Made by a program: the position numbers and the translations under genes | Source: Eledone cirrhosa | Taxonomy: Eukaryota | Assembly (NCBI GenBank): GCA_964016885.1 | Contig: OZ024742.1 | Location: 158,472,001 to 158,536,000 of the forward strand | DNA: 64,000 bases | Reading direction: 5' to 3' | The notes under the pieces: model-generated | Told to the model about the DNA's origin: nothing | The model's database searches: none | What the model saw: the letters and a program-made list of their open reading frames with translations, nothing else | In this document: one piece after another, positions 15,701-30,700 of the stretch | Layout of the letters: each line of letters starts with the position of its first letter | Numbering within the stretch: the first letter of the stretch is position 1

Positions 15701-18700
15701 GCAGCAACAATTATAACAGCAATAGTAACTGCAGCAACAACAACGATAGCAACTGTAGCTGCAGCAACAAATATAACAGCAATAGTAACTGCAGCAACAA
15801 CAACGATAGCAACAGTAGCTGCAGCAACAAATATAACAGCAATAGTAACTGCAGCAACAACAACGATAGCAACAGTAGCTGCAGCAACAAATATAACAGC
15901 AATAGTAACTGCAGGAACAGCAACAATACAACTGTAGCTGCAGCAACAAATATGACAGCAATAGTAACTGCAGGAACAGCAACGATATCAACTGTAGCTG
16001 CAGCAACAAATATAACAGCAATAATAACTGCAGGAACTGCAACGATAGCAACTGTAGCTGCAGCAACAAATATAACAGCAATAGTAACTGCAGGAACAGC
16101 AACGATAGCAACTGTAGCTGCAGCAACATATATAACAGCAATAGTAACTGCAGGAACAGCAAAGATAGCAACTGTAGCTGCAGCAACAAATATGACAGCA
16201 ATAGTAACTGCAGCAACAACAACGATAGCAACTGTAGCTGCAGCAACAAATATGACAGCAATAGTAACTGCAGGAACAACAACGATAGCAACAGTAGATG
16301 CAGCAACAAATATGACAGCAATAGTAACTGCAGCAACAGCAACGATAGCAACAGTAGCTGCAGCAACAAATATAACAGCAATAGTAACTGCAGCAACAAC
16401 AACGATGGCAACTGTAGCTGCAGCAACAAATATAACAGCAATAGTAACTGCAGCAACAACAACGATAGCAACAGTAGCTGCAGCAACAAATATGACAGCA
16501 ATAGTAACTGCAGCAACACAACGATGGCAACAGTAGCTGCAACAACAAATATGACAGCAATAGTAACTGCAGCAACAACAACGATGGCAACAGTAGCTGC
16601 AGCAACAAATATAACAGCAATAGTAACTGCAGCAACAACAACGATAGCAACAGTAGCTGCAGCAACAAATATGACACCAATAGTAACTGCAGCAACAACA
16701 ACGATAGCAACAGTAGCTGCAGCAACAAATATGACAGCAATAGTTACTGCAGCAACAACAACAATAGCAACAGTAGCTGCAGCAACAAATATAACAGCAA
16801 TAAAAACTGCAGGAACAGCAACGATAGCAACAGTAGCTGCAGCAACAAATATAACAGCAATAGTAACTGCAGCAACAACAACGATAGCAACAGTAGCTGC
16901 AGCAACAAATATAACAGCAATAGTAACTGCAGGAACAGCAACAATAGCAACAGTAGCTGCAGCAACAAATATAACAGCAATAGTAACTGCAGCAACAGCA
17001 ACGATAGCAACTGTAGCTGCAGCAACAAATATGGCAGCAATAGTAACTGCAGCAACAACAACGATAGCAACTGTAGCTGCAGCAACAATTATAACAGCAA
17101 TAGTAACTGCAGCAACAACAACGATAGCAACTGTAGCTGCAGCAACAAAAATATACAGCAATAGTAACTGCAGCAACAACAACGATAGCAACAGTAGCTG
17201 CAGCAACAAATATAACAGCAATAGTAACTGCAGGAACAGCAACAATAGCAACTGTAGCTGCAGCAACACATATGACAGCAATAGTAACTGCAGGAACAGC
17301 AACGATATCAACTGTAGCTGCAGCAACAAATATAACAGCAATAATAGCTGCAGGAACAGCAACGATAGCAACTGTAGCTGCAGCAACAAATATGACAGCA
17401 ATAGTAACTGCAGCAACAACAACGATAGCAACAGTAGCTGCAGCAACAAATATAACAACAATAGTACCTGCAGCAACAACAACGATAGCAACAGTAGCTG
17501 CAGCAACAAATATGACAGCAATAGAAACTGCAGCAACAACAACGATAGCAACAGTAGCTGCAGCAAAAAATATAACAGCAATAGTAACTGCAGGAACAAC
17601 AACGATAGCAACTGTAGCTGCAGCAACATATATGACAGCAATAGTAACTGCAGCAACAACAACGATAGCAACAGTAGCTGCAGCAACAAATATGACACCA
17701 ATAGTAACTGCAGCAACAACAACGATAGCAACAGTAGCTGCAGCAACAAATATGACAGCAATAGTTACTGCAGCAACAACAACAATAGCAACAGTAGCTG
17801 CAGCAACAAATATAACAGCAATAAAAACTGCAGGAACAGCAACGATAGCAACAGTAGCTGCAGCAACAAATATAACAGCAATAGTAACTGCAGGAACAAC
17901 AACGATAGCAACTGTAGCTGCAGCAACATATATGACAGCAATAGTAACTGCAGCAACAACAACGATAGCAACAGTAGCTGCAGCAACAAATATGACAGCA
18001 ATAGTAACTGCAGCAACATCAACGATAGCAACAGTAGCTGCAGCAACAAATATAACAGCAATAGTAACTGCAGGAACAGCAACAATACAACTGTAGCTGC
18101 AGCAACAAATATGACAGCAATAGTAACTGCAGGAACAGCAACGATATCAACTGTAGCTGCAGCAACAAATATAACAGCAATAATAACTGCAGGAACTGCA
18201 ACGATAGCAACTGTAGCTGCAGCAACAAATATAACAGCAATAGTAACTGCAGGAACAGCAACGATAGCAACTGTAGCTGCAGCAACATATATAACAGCAA
18301 TAGTAACTGCAGGAACAGCAAAGATAGCAACTGTAGCTGCAGCAACAAATATGACAGCAATAGTAACTGCAGCAACAACAACGATAGCAACTGTAGCTGC
18401 AGCAACAAATATTACAGCAATAGTAACTGCAGGAACAGCAACGATAGCAATAGTAGCTGCAACAATAAATATGACAGTAATAGTAACTGCAGCAACAACA
18501 AGGATAGCAACTGTAGCTGCAGCAACAAATATAACAGCAATAGTAACTGCAGGAACAGCAACAATAGCAACTGTAGCTGCAGCAACAAATATGACAGCAA
18601 TAGTAACTGCAGGAACAGCAACGATATCAACTGTAGCTGCAGCAACAAATATAACAGCAATAATAACTGCAGGAACAGCAACGATAGCAACTGTAGCTGC

Positions 18701-21700
18701 AGCAACAAATATGACAGCAATAGTAACTGCAGCAACAACAACGATAGCAACAGTAGCTGCAGCAACAAATATAACAACAATAGTACCTGCAGCAACAACA
18801 ACAATAGCAACAGTAGCTGCAGCAACAAATATGACAGCAATAGAAACTGCAGCAACAACAACGATAGCAACAGTAGCTGCAGCAAAAAATATAACAGCAA
18901 TAGTAACGGCAGGAACAACAACGATAGCAACTGTAGCTGCAGCAACATATATGACAGCAATAGTAACTGCAGCAACAACAACGATAGCAACAGTAGCTGC
19001 AGCAACAAATATGACAGCAATAGTAACTGCAGCAACAACAACGATAGCAACAGTAGCTGCAGCAACAAATATAGCCAGCAATAGTAACTGCAGCAACAAC
19101 AACGATAGCAACTGTAGCTGCAGCAACAAATATGACAGCAATAGTAACTGCAGCAACAACAACGATAGCAACAGTAGCTGCAGCAACAAATATGACACCA
19201 ATAGTAACTGCAGCAACAACAACGATAGCAACAGTAGCTGCAGCAACAAATATGACAGCAATAGTTACTGCAGCAACAACAACAATAGCAACAGTAGCTG
19301 CAGCAACAAATATAACAGCAATGAAAACTGCAGGAACAGCAACGATAGCAACAGTAGCTGCAGCAACAAATATAACAGCAATAGTAACTGCAGCAACAAC
19401 AACGATAGCAACAGTAGCTGCAGCAACAAATATAACAGCAATAGTAACTGCAGGAACAGCAACAATAGCAACAGTAGCTGCAGCAACAAATATAACAGCA
19501 ATAGTAACTGCAGCAACAGCAACGATAGCAACTGTAGCTGCAGCAACAAATATGGCAGCAATAGTAACTGCAGCAACAACAACGATAGCAACTGTAGCTG
19601 CAGCAACAATTATAACTGCAATAGTAACTGCAGCAACAACAACGATAGCAACTGTAGCTGCAGCAACAAATATAACAGCAATAGTAACTGCAGCAACAAC
19701 AACGATAGCAACAGTAGCTGCAGCAACAAATATAACAGCAATAGTAACTGCATGAACAGCAACAATAGCAACTGTAGCTGCAGCAACAAATATGACAGCA
19801 ATAGTAACTGCAGGAACAGCAACGATATCAACTGTAGCTGCAGCAACAAATATAACAGCAATAATAGCTGCAGGAACAGCAACGATAGCAACTGTAGCTG
19901 CAGCAACAAATATGACAGCAATAGTAACTGCAGCAACAACAACGATAGCAACAGTAGCTGCAGCAACAAATATAACAACAATAGTACCTGCAGCAACAAC
20001 AACGATAGCAACAGTAGCTGCAGCAACAAATATGACAGCAATAGAAACTGCAGCAACAACAACGATAGCAACAGTAGCTGCAGCAAAAAATATAACAGCA
20101 ATAGTAACTGCAGGAACAACAACGATAGCAACTGTAGCTGCAGCAACATATATGACAGCAATAGTAACTGCAGGAACAAAAACGATAGCAACTGTAGCTG
20201 CAGCAACATATATGACAGCAATAGTAACTGCAGCAACAACAACGATAGCAACAGTAGCTGCAGCAACAAATATGACAGCAATAGTAACTGCAGCAACAAC
20301 AACGATAGCAACAGTAGCTGCAGCAACAAATATAACAGCAATATTAACTGCAGCAACAACAACGATAGCAACTGTAGCTGCAGCAACAAATATGACAGCA
20401 ATAGTAACTGCAGGAACAGCAACGATATCAACTGTAGCTGCAGCAACAAATATAACAGCAATAATAGCTGCAGGAACAGCAACGATAGCAACTGTAGCTG
20501 CAGCAACAAATATGACAGCAATAGTAACTGCAGCAACAACAACGATAGCAACAGTAGCTGCAGCAACAAATATAACAACAATATTACCTGCAGCAACAAC
20601 AACGATAGCAACAGTAGCTGCAGCAACAAATATGACAGCAATAGAAACTGCAGCAACAAAAACGATAGCAACAGTAGCTGCAGCAAAAAATATAACAGCA
20701 ATAGTAACTGCAGGAACAACAACGATAGCAACTGTAGCTGCAGCAACATATATGACAGCAATAGTAACTGCAGCAACAACAACGATAGCAACAGTAGCTG
20801 CAGCAACAAATATGACAGCAATAGTAACTGCAGCAACAACAACGATAGCAACAGTAGCTGCAGCAACAAATATAACAGCAATAGTAACTGCAGCAACAAC
20901 AACGATAGCAACTGTAGCTGCAGCAACAAATATGACAGCAATAGTAACTGCAGCAACAACAACGATAGCAACAGTAGCTGCAGCAACAAATATGACACCA
21001 ATAGTAACTGCAGCAACAACAACGATAGCAACAGTAGCTGCAGCAACAAATATGACAGCAATAGTTACTGCAGCAACAACAACAATAGCAACAGTAGCTG
21101 CAGCAACAAATATAACAGCAATAAAAACTGCAGGAACAGCAACGATAGCAACAGTAGCTGCAGCAACAAATATAACAGCAATAGTAACTGCAGCAACAAC
21201 AACGATAGCAACATTAGCTGCAGCAACAAATATAACAGCAATAGTAACTGCAGGAACAGCAACACTAGCAACAGTAGCTGCAGCAACAAATATAACAGCA
21301 ATAGTAACTGCAGCAACAGCAACGATAGCAACTGTAGCTGCAGCAACAAATATGACAGCAATAGTAACTGCAGCAACAACAACGATAGCAACTGTAGCTG
21401 CAGCAACAATTATAACAGCAATAGTAACTGCAGCAACAACAACGATAGCAACTGTAGCTGCAGCAACAAATATAACAGCAATAGTAACTGCAGCAACAAC
21501 AACGATAGCAACAGTAGCTGCAGCAACAAATATAACAGCAATAGTAACTGCAGCAACAACAACGATAGCAACAGTAGCTGCAGCAACAAATATAACAGCA
21601 ATAGTAACTGCAGGAACAGCAACAATAGCAACTGTAGCTGCAGCAACAAATATGACAGCAATAGTAACTGCAGGAACAGCAACGATATCAACTGTAGCTG

Positions 21701-24700
21701 CAGCAACAAATATAACAGCAATAATAACTGCAGGAACAGCAACGATAGCAACTGTAGCTGCAGCAACAAAAATATACAGCAATAGTAACTGCAGCAACAA
21801 CAACGATAGCAACAGTAGCTGCAGCAACAAATATAACAGCAATAGTAACTGCAGGAACAGCAACGATAGCAACAGTAGCTGCAGCAACAAATATAACAGT
21901 AATAGTAACTGCAGCAACAACAACGATAGCAACAGTAGCTGCAGCAACAAATATAACAACAATAGTAACTGCAGCAACAACAACGATAGCAACAGTAGCT
22001 GCAGCAACAAATATAACAGCAATAGTAACTGCAGCAACAACAACGATAGCAACAGTAGCTGCAGCAACAAATATGACAGCAATAGTAACTGCAGCAACAA
22101 CAATGATAGCAACTGTAGCTGCAGCAACAAATATAACAGCAATAGTAACTGCAGCAACAACAACGACAGCAACAGTAGCTGCAGCAACAAATATAACATC
22201 AATAGTAACTGCAGGAACAGCAACGATAGCAACAGTAGCTGCAGCGACAAATATAACAGCAATAGTAACTGCAGCAACAACAACGATAGCAACAGTAGCT
22301 GCAGCAACAAATATAACAGCAATAGTAACTGCAGCAACAACAACGATAGCAACAGTAGCTGCAACAGCAACTATAACAGCAACAGTAACTGCAGCAACAA
22401 CAACGATAGCAACAGTAGCTGCAGCAACAAATATGACAGCAATAGTAACTGCAGCAACAACAATGATAGCAACTGTAGCTGCAGCAACAAATATAACAGC
22501 AATAGTAACTGCAGCAACAACAACGATAGCAACAGTAGCTGCAGCACCAAATATAACAGCAATAGTAACTGCAGGAACAGCAACGGTAGCAACTGTAGCT
22601 GCAGCAACAAATATAACAGCAATAGTAACTGCAGCAACAGCAACGATAGCAACTGTAGCTGCAGCGACAAATATGACAGCAATAGTAACTGCAGCAACAA
22701 CAATGATAGCAACTGTAGCTGCAGCAACAAATATAACAGCAAATATAACGATAGCAACTGTAACTGCAGCAACAACAACGATAGCAACTGTAGCTGCAGC
22801 AACAAATATAACAGCAATAGTAACTGCAGCAACAACAACGATAGCAACAGTAGCTGCAGCAACAAATATGACAGCAATAGTAGCTGCAGCAACAACAACG
22901 ATAGCAACTGTAGCTGCAGCAACAAATATAACAGCAATAGTAACTGCAGTAACAGCAACGATAGCAACTGTAGCTGCAGCAACAAATATAACAGCAATAG
23001 TAACTGCAGCAACAACAACGATAGCAACAGTAGCTGCAGCAACAAATATGACAGCAATAGAAACTGCAGCACTACAACGATAGCAACAAATATGACAGCA
23101 ATAGTAACTGCAGCAACAACAACGATAACAACAGTAGCTGCAGCAACAAATATAACAACAATAGTACCTGCAGCAACAACAACGATAGCAACAGTAGCTG
23201 CAGCAACAAATATGACAGCAATAGTAACTGCAGCAACAACAACGATAGCAACAGTAGCTGCAGCAACAAATATAACAGCAATAGTAACTGCAGGAACAGC
23301 AACAATAGCAACAGTAGCTGCAGCAACAAATATAACAGCAATAATAACTGCAGGAACAGCAACGATAGCAACAGTAGCTGCAGCAACAAATATAACAGCA
23401 ATAGTAACTGCAGCAACAACAACGATAGCAACAGTAGCTGCAGCAACAAATATAACAGCAATAGTAACTGCAGGAACAGCAACAATAGCAACAGTAGCTG
23501 CAGCAACAAATATAACAGCAATAGTAACTGCAGCAACAGCAACGATAGCAACTGTAGCTGCAGCAACAAATATGACAGCAATAGTAACTGCAGCAACAAC
23601 AACGATAGCAACTGTAGCTGCAGCAACAATTATAACAGCAATAGTAACTGCAGCAACAACAACGATAGCAACTGTAGCTGCAGCAACAAATATAACAGCA
23701 ATAGTAACTGCAGCAACAACAACGATAGCAACAGTAGCTGCAGCAACAAATATAACAGCAATAGTAACTGCAGCAACAACAACGATAGCAACAGTAGCTG
23801 CAGCAACAAATATAACAGCAATAGTAACTGCAGGAACAGCAACAATAGCAACTGTAGCTGCAGCAACAAATATGACAGCAATAGTAACTGCAGGAACAGC
23901 AACGATATCAACTGTAGCTGCAGCAACAAATATAACAGCAATAATAACTGCAGGAACTGCAACGATAGCAACTGTAGCTGCAGCAACAAATATAACAGCA
24001 ATAGTAACTGCAGGAACAGCAACGATAGCAACTGTAGCTGCAGCAACATATATAACAGCAATAGTAACTGCAGGAACAGCAAAGATAGCAACTGTAGCTG
24101 CAGCAACAAATATGACAGCAATAGTAACTGCAGCAACAACAACGATAGCAACTGTAGCTGCAGCAACAAATATTACAGCAATAGTAACTGCAGGAACAGC
24201 AACGATAGCAATAGTAGCTGCAACAATAAATATGACAGTAATAGTAACTGCAGCAACAACAAGGATAGCAACTGTAGCTGCAGCAACAAATATGACAGCA
24301 ATAGTAACTGCAGCAACAACAACGATAGCAACTGTAGCTGCAGCAACAAATATGACAGCAATAGTAATTGCAGCAACTACAACGATAGCAACAGTAGCTG
24401 CAGCAACAAATATGACAGCATTAATATCTGCAGGAACAGCAACGATAGCAACAGTAGCTGCAGCAACAAATATGAAAGCAATAGTAACTGCAGGAACAAC
24501 AACGATAGCAACAGTAGCTGCAGCAACAAATATGACAGCAATAGTAACTGCAGGAACAACAACGATAGCAACAGTAGATGCAGCAACAAATATGACAGCA
24601 ATAGTAACTGCAGCAACAGCAACGATAGCAACAGTAGCTGCAGCAACAAATATAACAGCAATAGTAACTGCAGCAACAACAACGATGGCAACTGTAGCTG

Positions 24701-27700
24701 CAGCAACAAATATAACAGCAATAGTAACTGCAGCAACAACAACGATAGCAACAGTAGCTGCAGCAACAAATATGACAGCAATAGTAACTGCAGCAACACA
24801 ACGATGGCAACAGTAGCTGCAACAACAAATATGACAGCAATAGTAACTGCAGCAACAACAACGATGGCAACAGTAGCTGCAGCAACAAATATAACAGCAA
24901 TAGTAACTGCAGCAACAACAACGATAGCAACAGTAGCTGCAGCAACAAATATAACAGCAATAGTAACTGCAGGAACAGCAACAATAGCAACTGTAGCTGC
25001 AGCAACAAATATGACAGCAATAGTAACTGCAGGAACAGCAACGATATCAACTGTAGCTGCAGCAACAAATATAACAGCAATAATAACTGCAGGAACAGCA
25101 ACGATAGCAACTGTAGCTGCAGCAACAAATATGACAGCAATAGTAACTGCAGCAACAACAACGATAGCAACAGTAGCTGCAGCAACAAATATAACAACAA
25201 TAGTACCTGCAGCAACAACAACGATAGCAACAGTAGCTGCAGCAACAAATATGACAGCAATAGAAACTGCAGCAACAACAACGATAGCAACAGTAGCTGC
25301 AGCAAAAAATATAACAGCAATAGTAACTGCAGGAACAACAACGATAGCAACTGTAGCTGCAGCAACATATATGACAGCAATAGTAACTGCAGCAACAACA
25401 ACGATAGCAACAGTAGCTGCAGCAACAAATATGACAGCAATAGTAATTGCAGCAACAACAACGATAGCAACAGTAGCTGCAGCAACAAATATAACAGCAA
25501 TAGTAACTGCAGGAACAGCAACAATAGCAACAGTAGCTGCAGCAACAAATATAACAGCAATAATAACTGCAGGAACAGCAACGATAGCAACAGTAGCTGC
25601 AGCAACAAATATAACAGCAATAGTAACTGCAGCAACAACAACGATAGCAACAGTAGCTGCAGCAACAAATATAACAGCAATAGTAACTGCAGGAACAGCA
25701 ACAATAGCAACAGTAGCTGCAGCAACAAATATAACAGCAATAGTAACTGCAGCAACAGCAACGATAGCAACTGTAGCTGCAGCAACAAATATGACAGCAA
25801 TAGTAACTGCAGCAACAACAACGATAGCAACTGTAGCTGCAGCAACAATTATAACAGCAATAGTAACTGCAGCAACAACAACGATAGCAACTGTAGCTGC
25901 AGCAACAAATATAACAGCAATAGTAACTGCAGCAACAACAACGATAGCAACAGTAGCTGCAGCAACAAATATAACAGCAATAGTAACTGCAGCAACAACA
26001 ACGATAGCAACAGTAGCTGCAGCAACAAATATAACAGCAATAGTAACTGCAGGAACAGCAACAATAGCAACTGTAGCTGCAGCAACAAATATGACAGCAA
26101 TAGTAACTGCAGGAACAGCAACGATATCAACTGTAGCTGCAGCAACAAATATAACAGCAATAATAACTGCAGGAACTGCAACGATAGCAACTGTAGCTGC
26201 AGCAACAAATATAACAGCAATAGTAACTGCAGGAACAGCAACTATAGCAACTGTAGCTGCAGCAACATATATAACAGCAATAGTAACTGCAGGAACAGCA
26301 AAGATAGCAACTGTAGCTGCAGCAACAAATATGACAGCAATAGTAACTGCAGCAACAACAACGATAGCAACTGTAGCTGCAGCAACAAATATTACAGCAA
26401 TAGTAACTGCAGGAACAGCAACGATAGCAATAGTAGCTGCAACAATAAATATGACAGTAATAGTAACTGCAGCAACAACAAGGATAGCAACTGTAGCTGC
26501 AGCAACAAATATGACAGCAATAGTAACTGCAGCAACAACAACGATAGCAACTGTAGCTGCAGCAACAAATATGACAGCAATAGTAATTGCAGCAACTACA
26601 ACGATAGCAACAGTAGCTGCAGCAACAAATATGACAGCATTAATATCTGCAGGAACAGCAACGATAGCAACAGTAGCTGCAGCAACAAATATGAAAGCAA
26701 TAGTAACTGCAGGAACAACAACGATAGCAACAGTAGCTGCAGCAACAAATATGACAGCAATAGTAACTGCAGGAACAACAACGATAGCAACAGTAGATGC
26801 AGCAACAAATATGACAGCAATAGTAACTGCAGCAACAGCAACGATAGCAACAGTAGCTGCAGCAACAAATATAACAGCAATAGTAACTGCAGCAACAACA
26901 ACGATGGCAACTGTAGCTGCAGCAACAAATATAACAGCAATAGTAACTGCAGCAACAACAACGATAGCAACAGTAGCTGCAGCAACAAATATGACAGCAA
27001 TAGTAACTGCAGCAACACAACGATGGCAACAGTAGCTGCAACAACAAATATGACAGCAATAGTAACTGCAGCAACAACAACGATGGCAACAGTAGCTGCA
27101 GCAACAAATATAACAGCAATAGTAACTGCAGCAACAACAACGATAGCAACAGTAGCTGCAGCAACAAATATAACAGCAATAGTAACTGCAGGAACAGCAA
27201 CAATAGCAACTGTAGCTGCAGCAACAAATATGACAGCAATAGTAACTGCAGGAACAGCAACGATATCAACTGTAGCTGCAGCAACAAATATAACAGCAAT
27301 AATAACTGCAGGAACAGCAACGATAGCAACTGTAGCTGCAGCAACAAATATGACAGCAATAGTAACTGCAGCAACAACAACGATAGCAACAGTAGCTGCA
27401 GCAACAAATATAACAACAATAGTACCTGCAGCAACAACAACGATAGCAACAGTAGCTGCAGCAACAAATATGACAGCAATAGAAACTGCAGCAACAACAA
27501 CGATAGCAACAGTAGCTGCAGCAAAAAATATAACAGCAATAGTAACTGCAGGAACAACAACGATAGCAACTGTAGCTGCAGCAACATATATGACAGCAAT
27601 AGTAACTGCAGCAACAACAACGATAGCAACAGTAGCTGCAGCAACAAATATGACAGCAATAGTAATTGCAGCAACAACAACGATAGCAACAGTAGCTGCA

Positions 27701-30700
27701 GCAACAAATATAACAGCAATAGTAACTGCAGGAACAGCAACAATAGCAACAGTAGCTGCAGCAACAAATATAACAGCAATAATAACTGCAGGAACAGCAA
27801 CGATAGCAACAGTAGCTGCAGCAACAAATATAACAGCAATAGTAACTGCAGCAACAACAACGATAGCAACAGTAGCTGCAGCAACAAATATAACAGCAAT
27901 AGTAACTGCAGGAACAGCAACAATAGCAACAGTAGCTGCAGCAACAAATATAACAGCAATAGTAACTGCAGCAACAGCAACGATAGCAACTGTAGCTGCA
28001 GCAACAAATATGACAGCAATAGTAACTGCAGCAACAACAACGATAGCAACTGTAGCTGCAGCAACAATTATAACAGCAATAGTAACTGCAGCAACAACAA
28101 CGATAGCAACTGTAGCTGCAGCAACAAATATAACAGCAATAGTAACTGCAGCAACAACAACGATAGCAACAGTAGCTGCAGCAACAAATATAACAGCAAT
28201 AGTAACTGCAGCAACAACAACGATAGCAACAGTAGCTGCAGCAACAAATATAACAGCAATAGTAACTGCAGGAACAGCAACAATAGCAACTGTAGCTGCA
28301 GCAACAAATATGACAGCAATAGTAACTGCAGGAACAGCAACGATATCAACTGTAGCTGCAGCAACAAATATAACAGCAATAATAACTGCAGGAACTGCAA
28401 CGATAGCAACTGTAGCTGCAGCAACAAATATAACAGCAATAGTAACTGCAGGAACAGCAACTATAGCAACTGTAGCTGCAGCAACATATATAACAGCAAT
28501 AGTAACTGCAGGAACAGCAAAGATAGCAACTGTAGCTGCAGCAACAAATATGACAGCAATAGTAACTGCAGCAACAACAACGATAGCAACTGTAGCTGCA
28601 GCAACAAATATTACAGCAATAGTAACTGCAGGAACAGCAACGATAGCAATAGTAGCTGCAACAATAAATATGACAGTAATAGTAACTGCAGCAACAACAA
28701 GGATAGCAACTGTAGCTGCAGCAACAAATATGACAGCAATAGTAACTGCAGCAACAACAACGATAGCAACTGTAGCTGCAGCAACAAATATGACAGCAAT
28801 AGTAATTGCAGCAACTACAACGATAGCAACAGTAGCTGCAGCAACAAATATGACAGCATTAATATCTGCAGGAACAGCAACGATAGCAACAGTAGCTGCA
28901 GCAACAAATATGAAAGCAATAGTAACTGCAGGAACAACAACGATAGCAACAGTAGCTGCAGCAACAAATATGACAGCAATAGTAACTGCAGGAACAACAA
29001 CGATAGCAACAGTAGATGCAGCAACAAATATGACAGCAATAGTAACTGCAGCAACAGCAACGATAGCAACAGTAGCTGCAGCAACAAATATAACAGCAAT
29101 AGTAACTGCAGCAACAACAACGATGGCAACTGTAGCTGCAGCAACAAATATAACAGCAATAGTAACTGCAGCAACAACAACGATAGCAACAGTAGCTGCA
29201 GCAACAAATATGACAGCAATAGTAACTGCAGCAACACAACGATGGCAACAGTAGCTGCAACAACAAATATGACAGCAATAGTAACTGCAGCAACAACAAC
29301 GATGGCAACAGTAGCTGCAGCAACAAATATAACAGCAATAGTAACTGCAGCAACAACAACGATAGCAACAGTAGCTGCAGCAACAAATATAACAGCAATA
29401 GTAACTGCAGGAACAGCAACAATAGCAACTGTAGCTGCAGCAACAAATATGACAGCAATAGTAACTGCAGGAACAGCAACGATATCAACTGTAGCTGCAG
29501 CAACAAATATAACAGCAATAATAACTGCAGGAACAGCAACGATAGCAACTGTAGCTGCAGCAACAAATATGACAGCAATAGTAACTGCAGCAACAACAAC
29601 GATAGCAACAGTAGCTGCAGCAACAAATATAACAACAATATTACCTGCAGCAACAACAACGATAGCAACAGTAGCTGCAGCAACAAATATGACAGCAATA
29701 GAAACTGCAGCAACAACAACGATAGCAACAGTAGCTGCAGCAAAAAATATAACAGCAATAGTAACTGCAGGAACAACAACGATAGCAACTGTAGCTGCAG
29801 CAACATATATGACAGCAATAGTAACTGCAGCAACAACAACGATAGCAACAGTAGCTGCAGCAACAAATATGACAGCAATAGTAACTGCAGCAACAACAAC
29901 GATAGCAACAGTAGCTGTAGCAACAAATATAACAGCAATAGTAACTGCAGCAACAACAACGATAGCAACTGTATCTGCAGCAACAAATATGACAGCAATA
30001 GTAACTGCAGCAACAACAACGATAGCAACAGTAGCTGCAGCAACAAATATGACACCAATAGTAACTGCAGCAACAACAACGATAGCAACAGTAGCTGCAG
30101 CAACAAATATGACAGCAATAGTTACTGCAGCAACAACAACAATAGCAACAGTAGCTGCAGCAACAAATATAACAGCAATAAAAACTGCAGGAACAGCAAC
30201 GATAGCAACAGTAGCTGCAGCAACAAATATAACAGCAATAGTAACTGCAGCAACAACAACGATAGCAACAGTAGCTGCAGCAACAAATATAACAGCAATA
30301 GTAACTGCAGGAACAGCAACAATAGCAACAGTAGCTGCAGCAACAAATATAACAGCAATAGTAACTGCAGCAACAGCAACGATAGCAACTGTAGCTGCAG
30401 CAACAAATATGGCAGCAATAGTAACTGCAGCAACAACAACGATAGCAACTGTAGCTGCAGCAACAATTATAACAGCAATAGTAACTGCAGCAACAACAAC
30501 GATAGCAACTGTAGCTGCAGCAACAATAATATACAACAATAGTAACTGCAGCAACAACAACGATAGCAACAGTAGCTGCAGCAACAAATATAACAGCAAT
30601 AGTAACTGCAGGAACAGCAACAATAGCAACTGTAGCTGCAGCAACACATATGACAGCAATAGTAACTGCAGGAACAGCAACGATATCAACTGTAGCTGCA

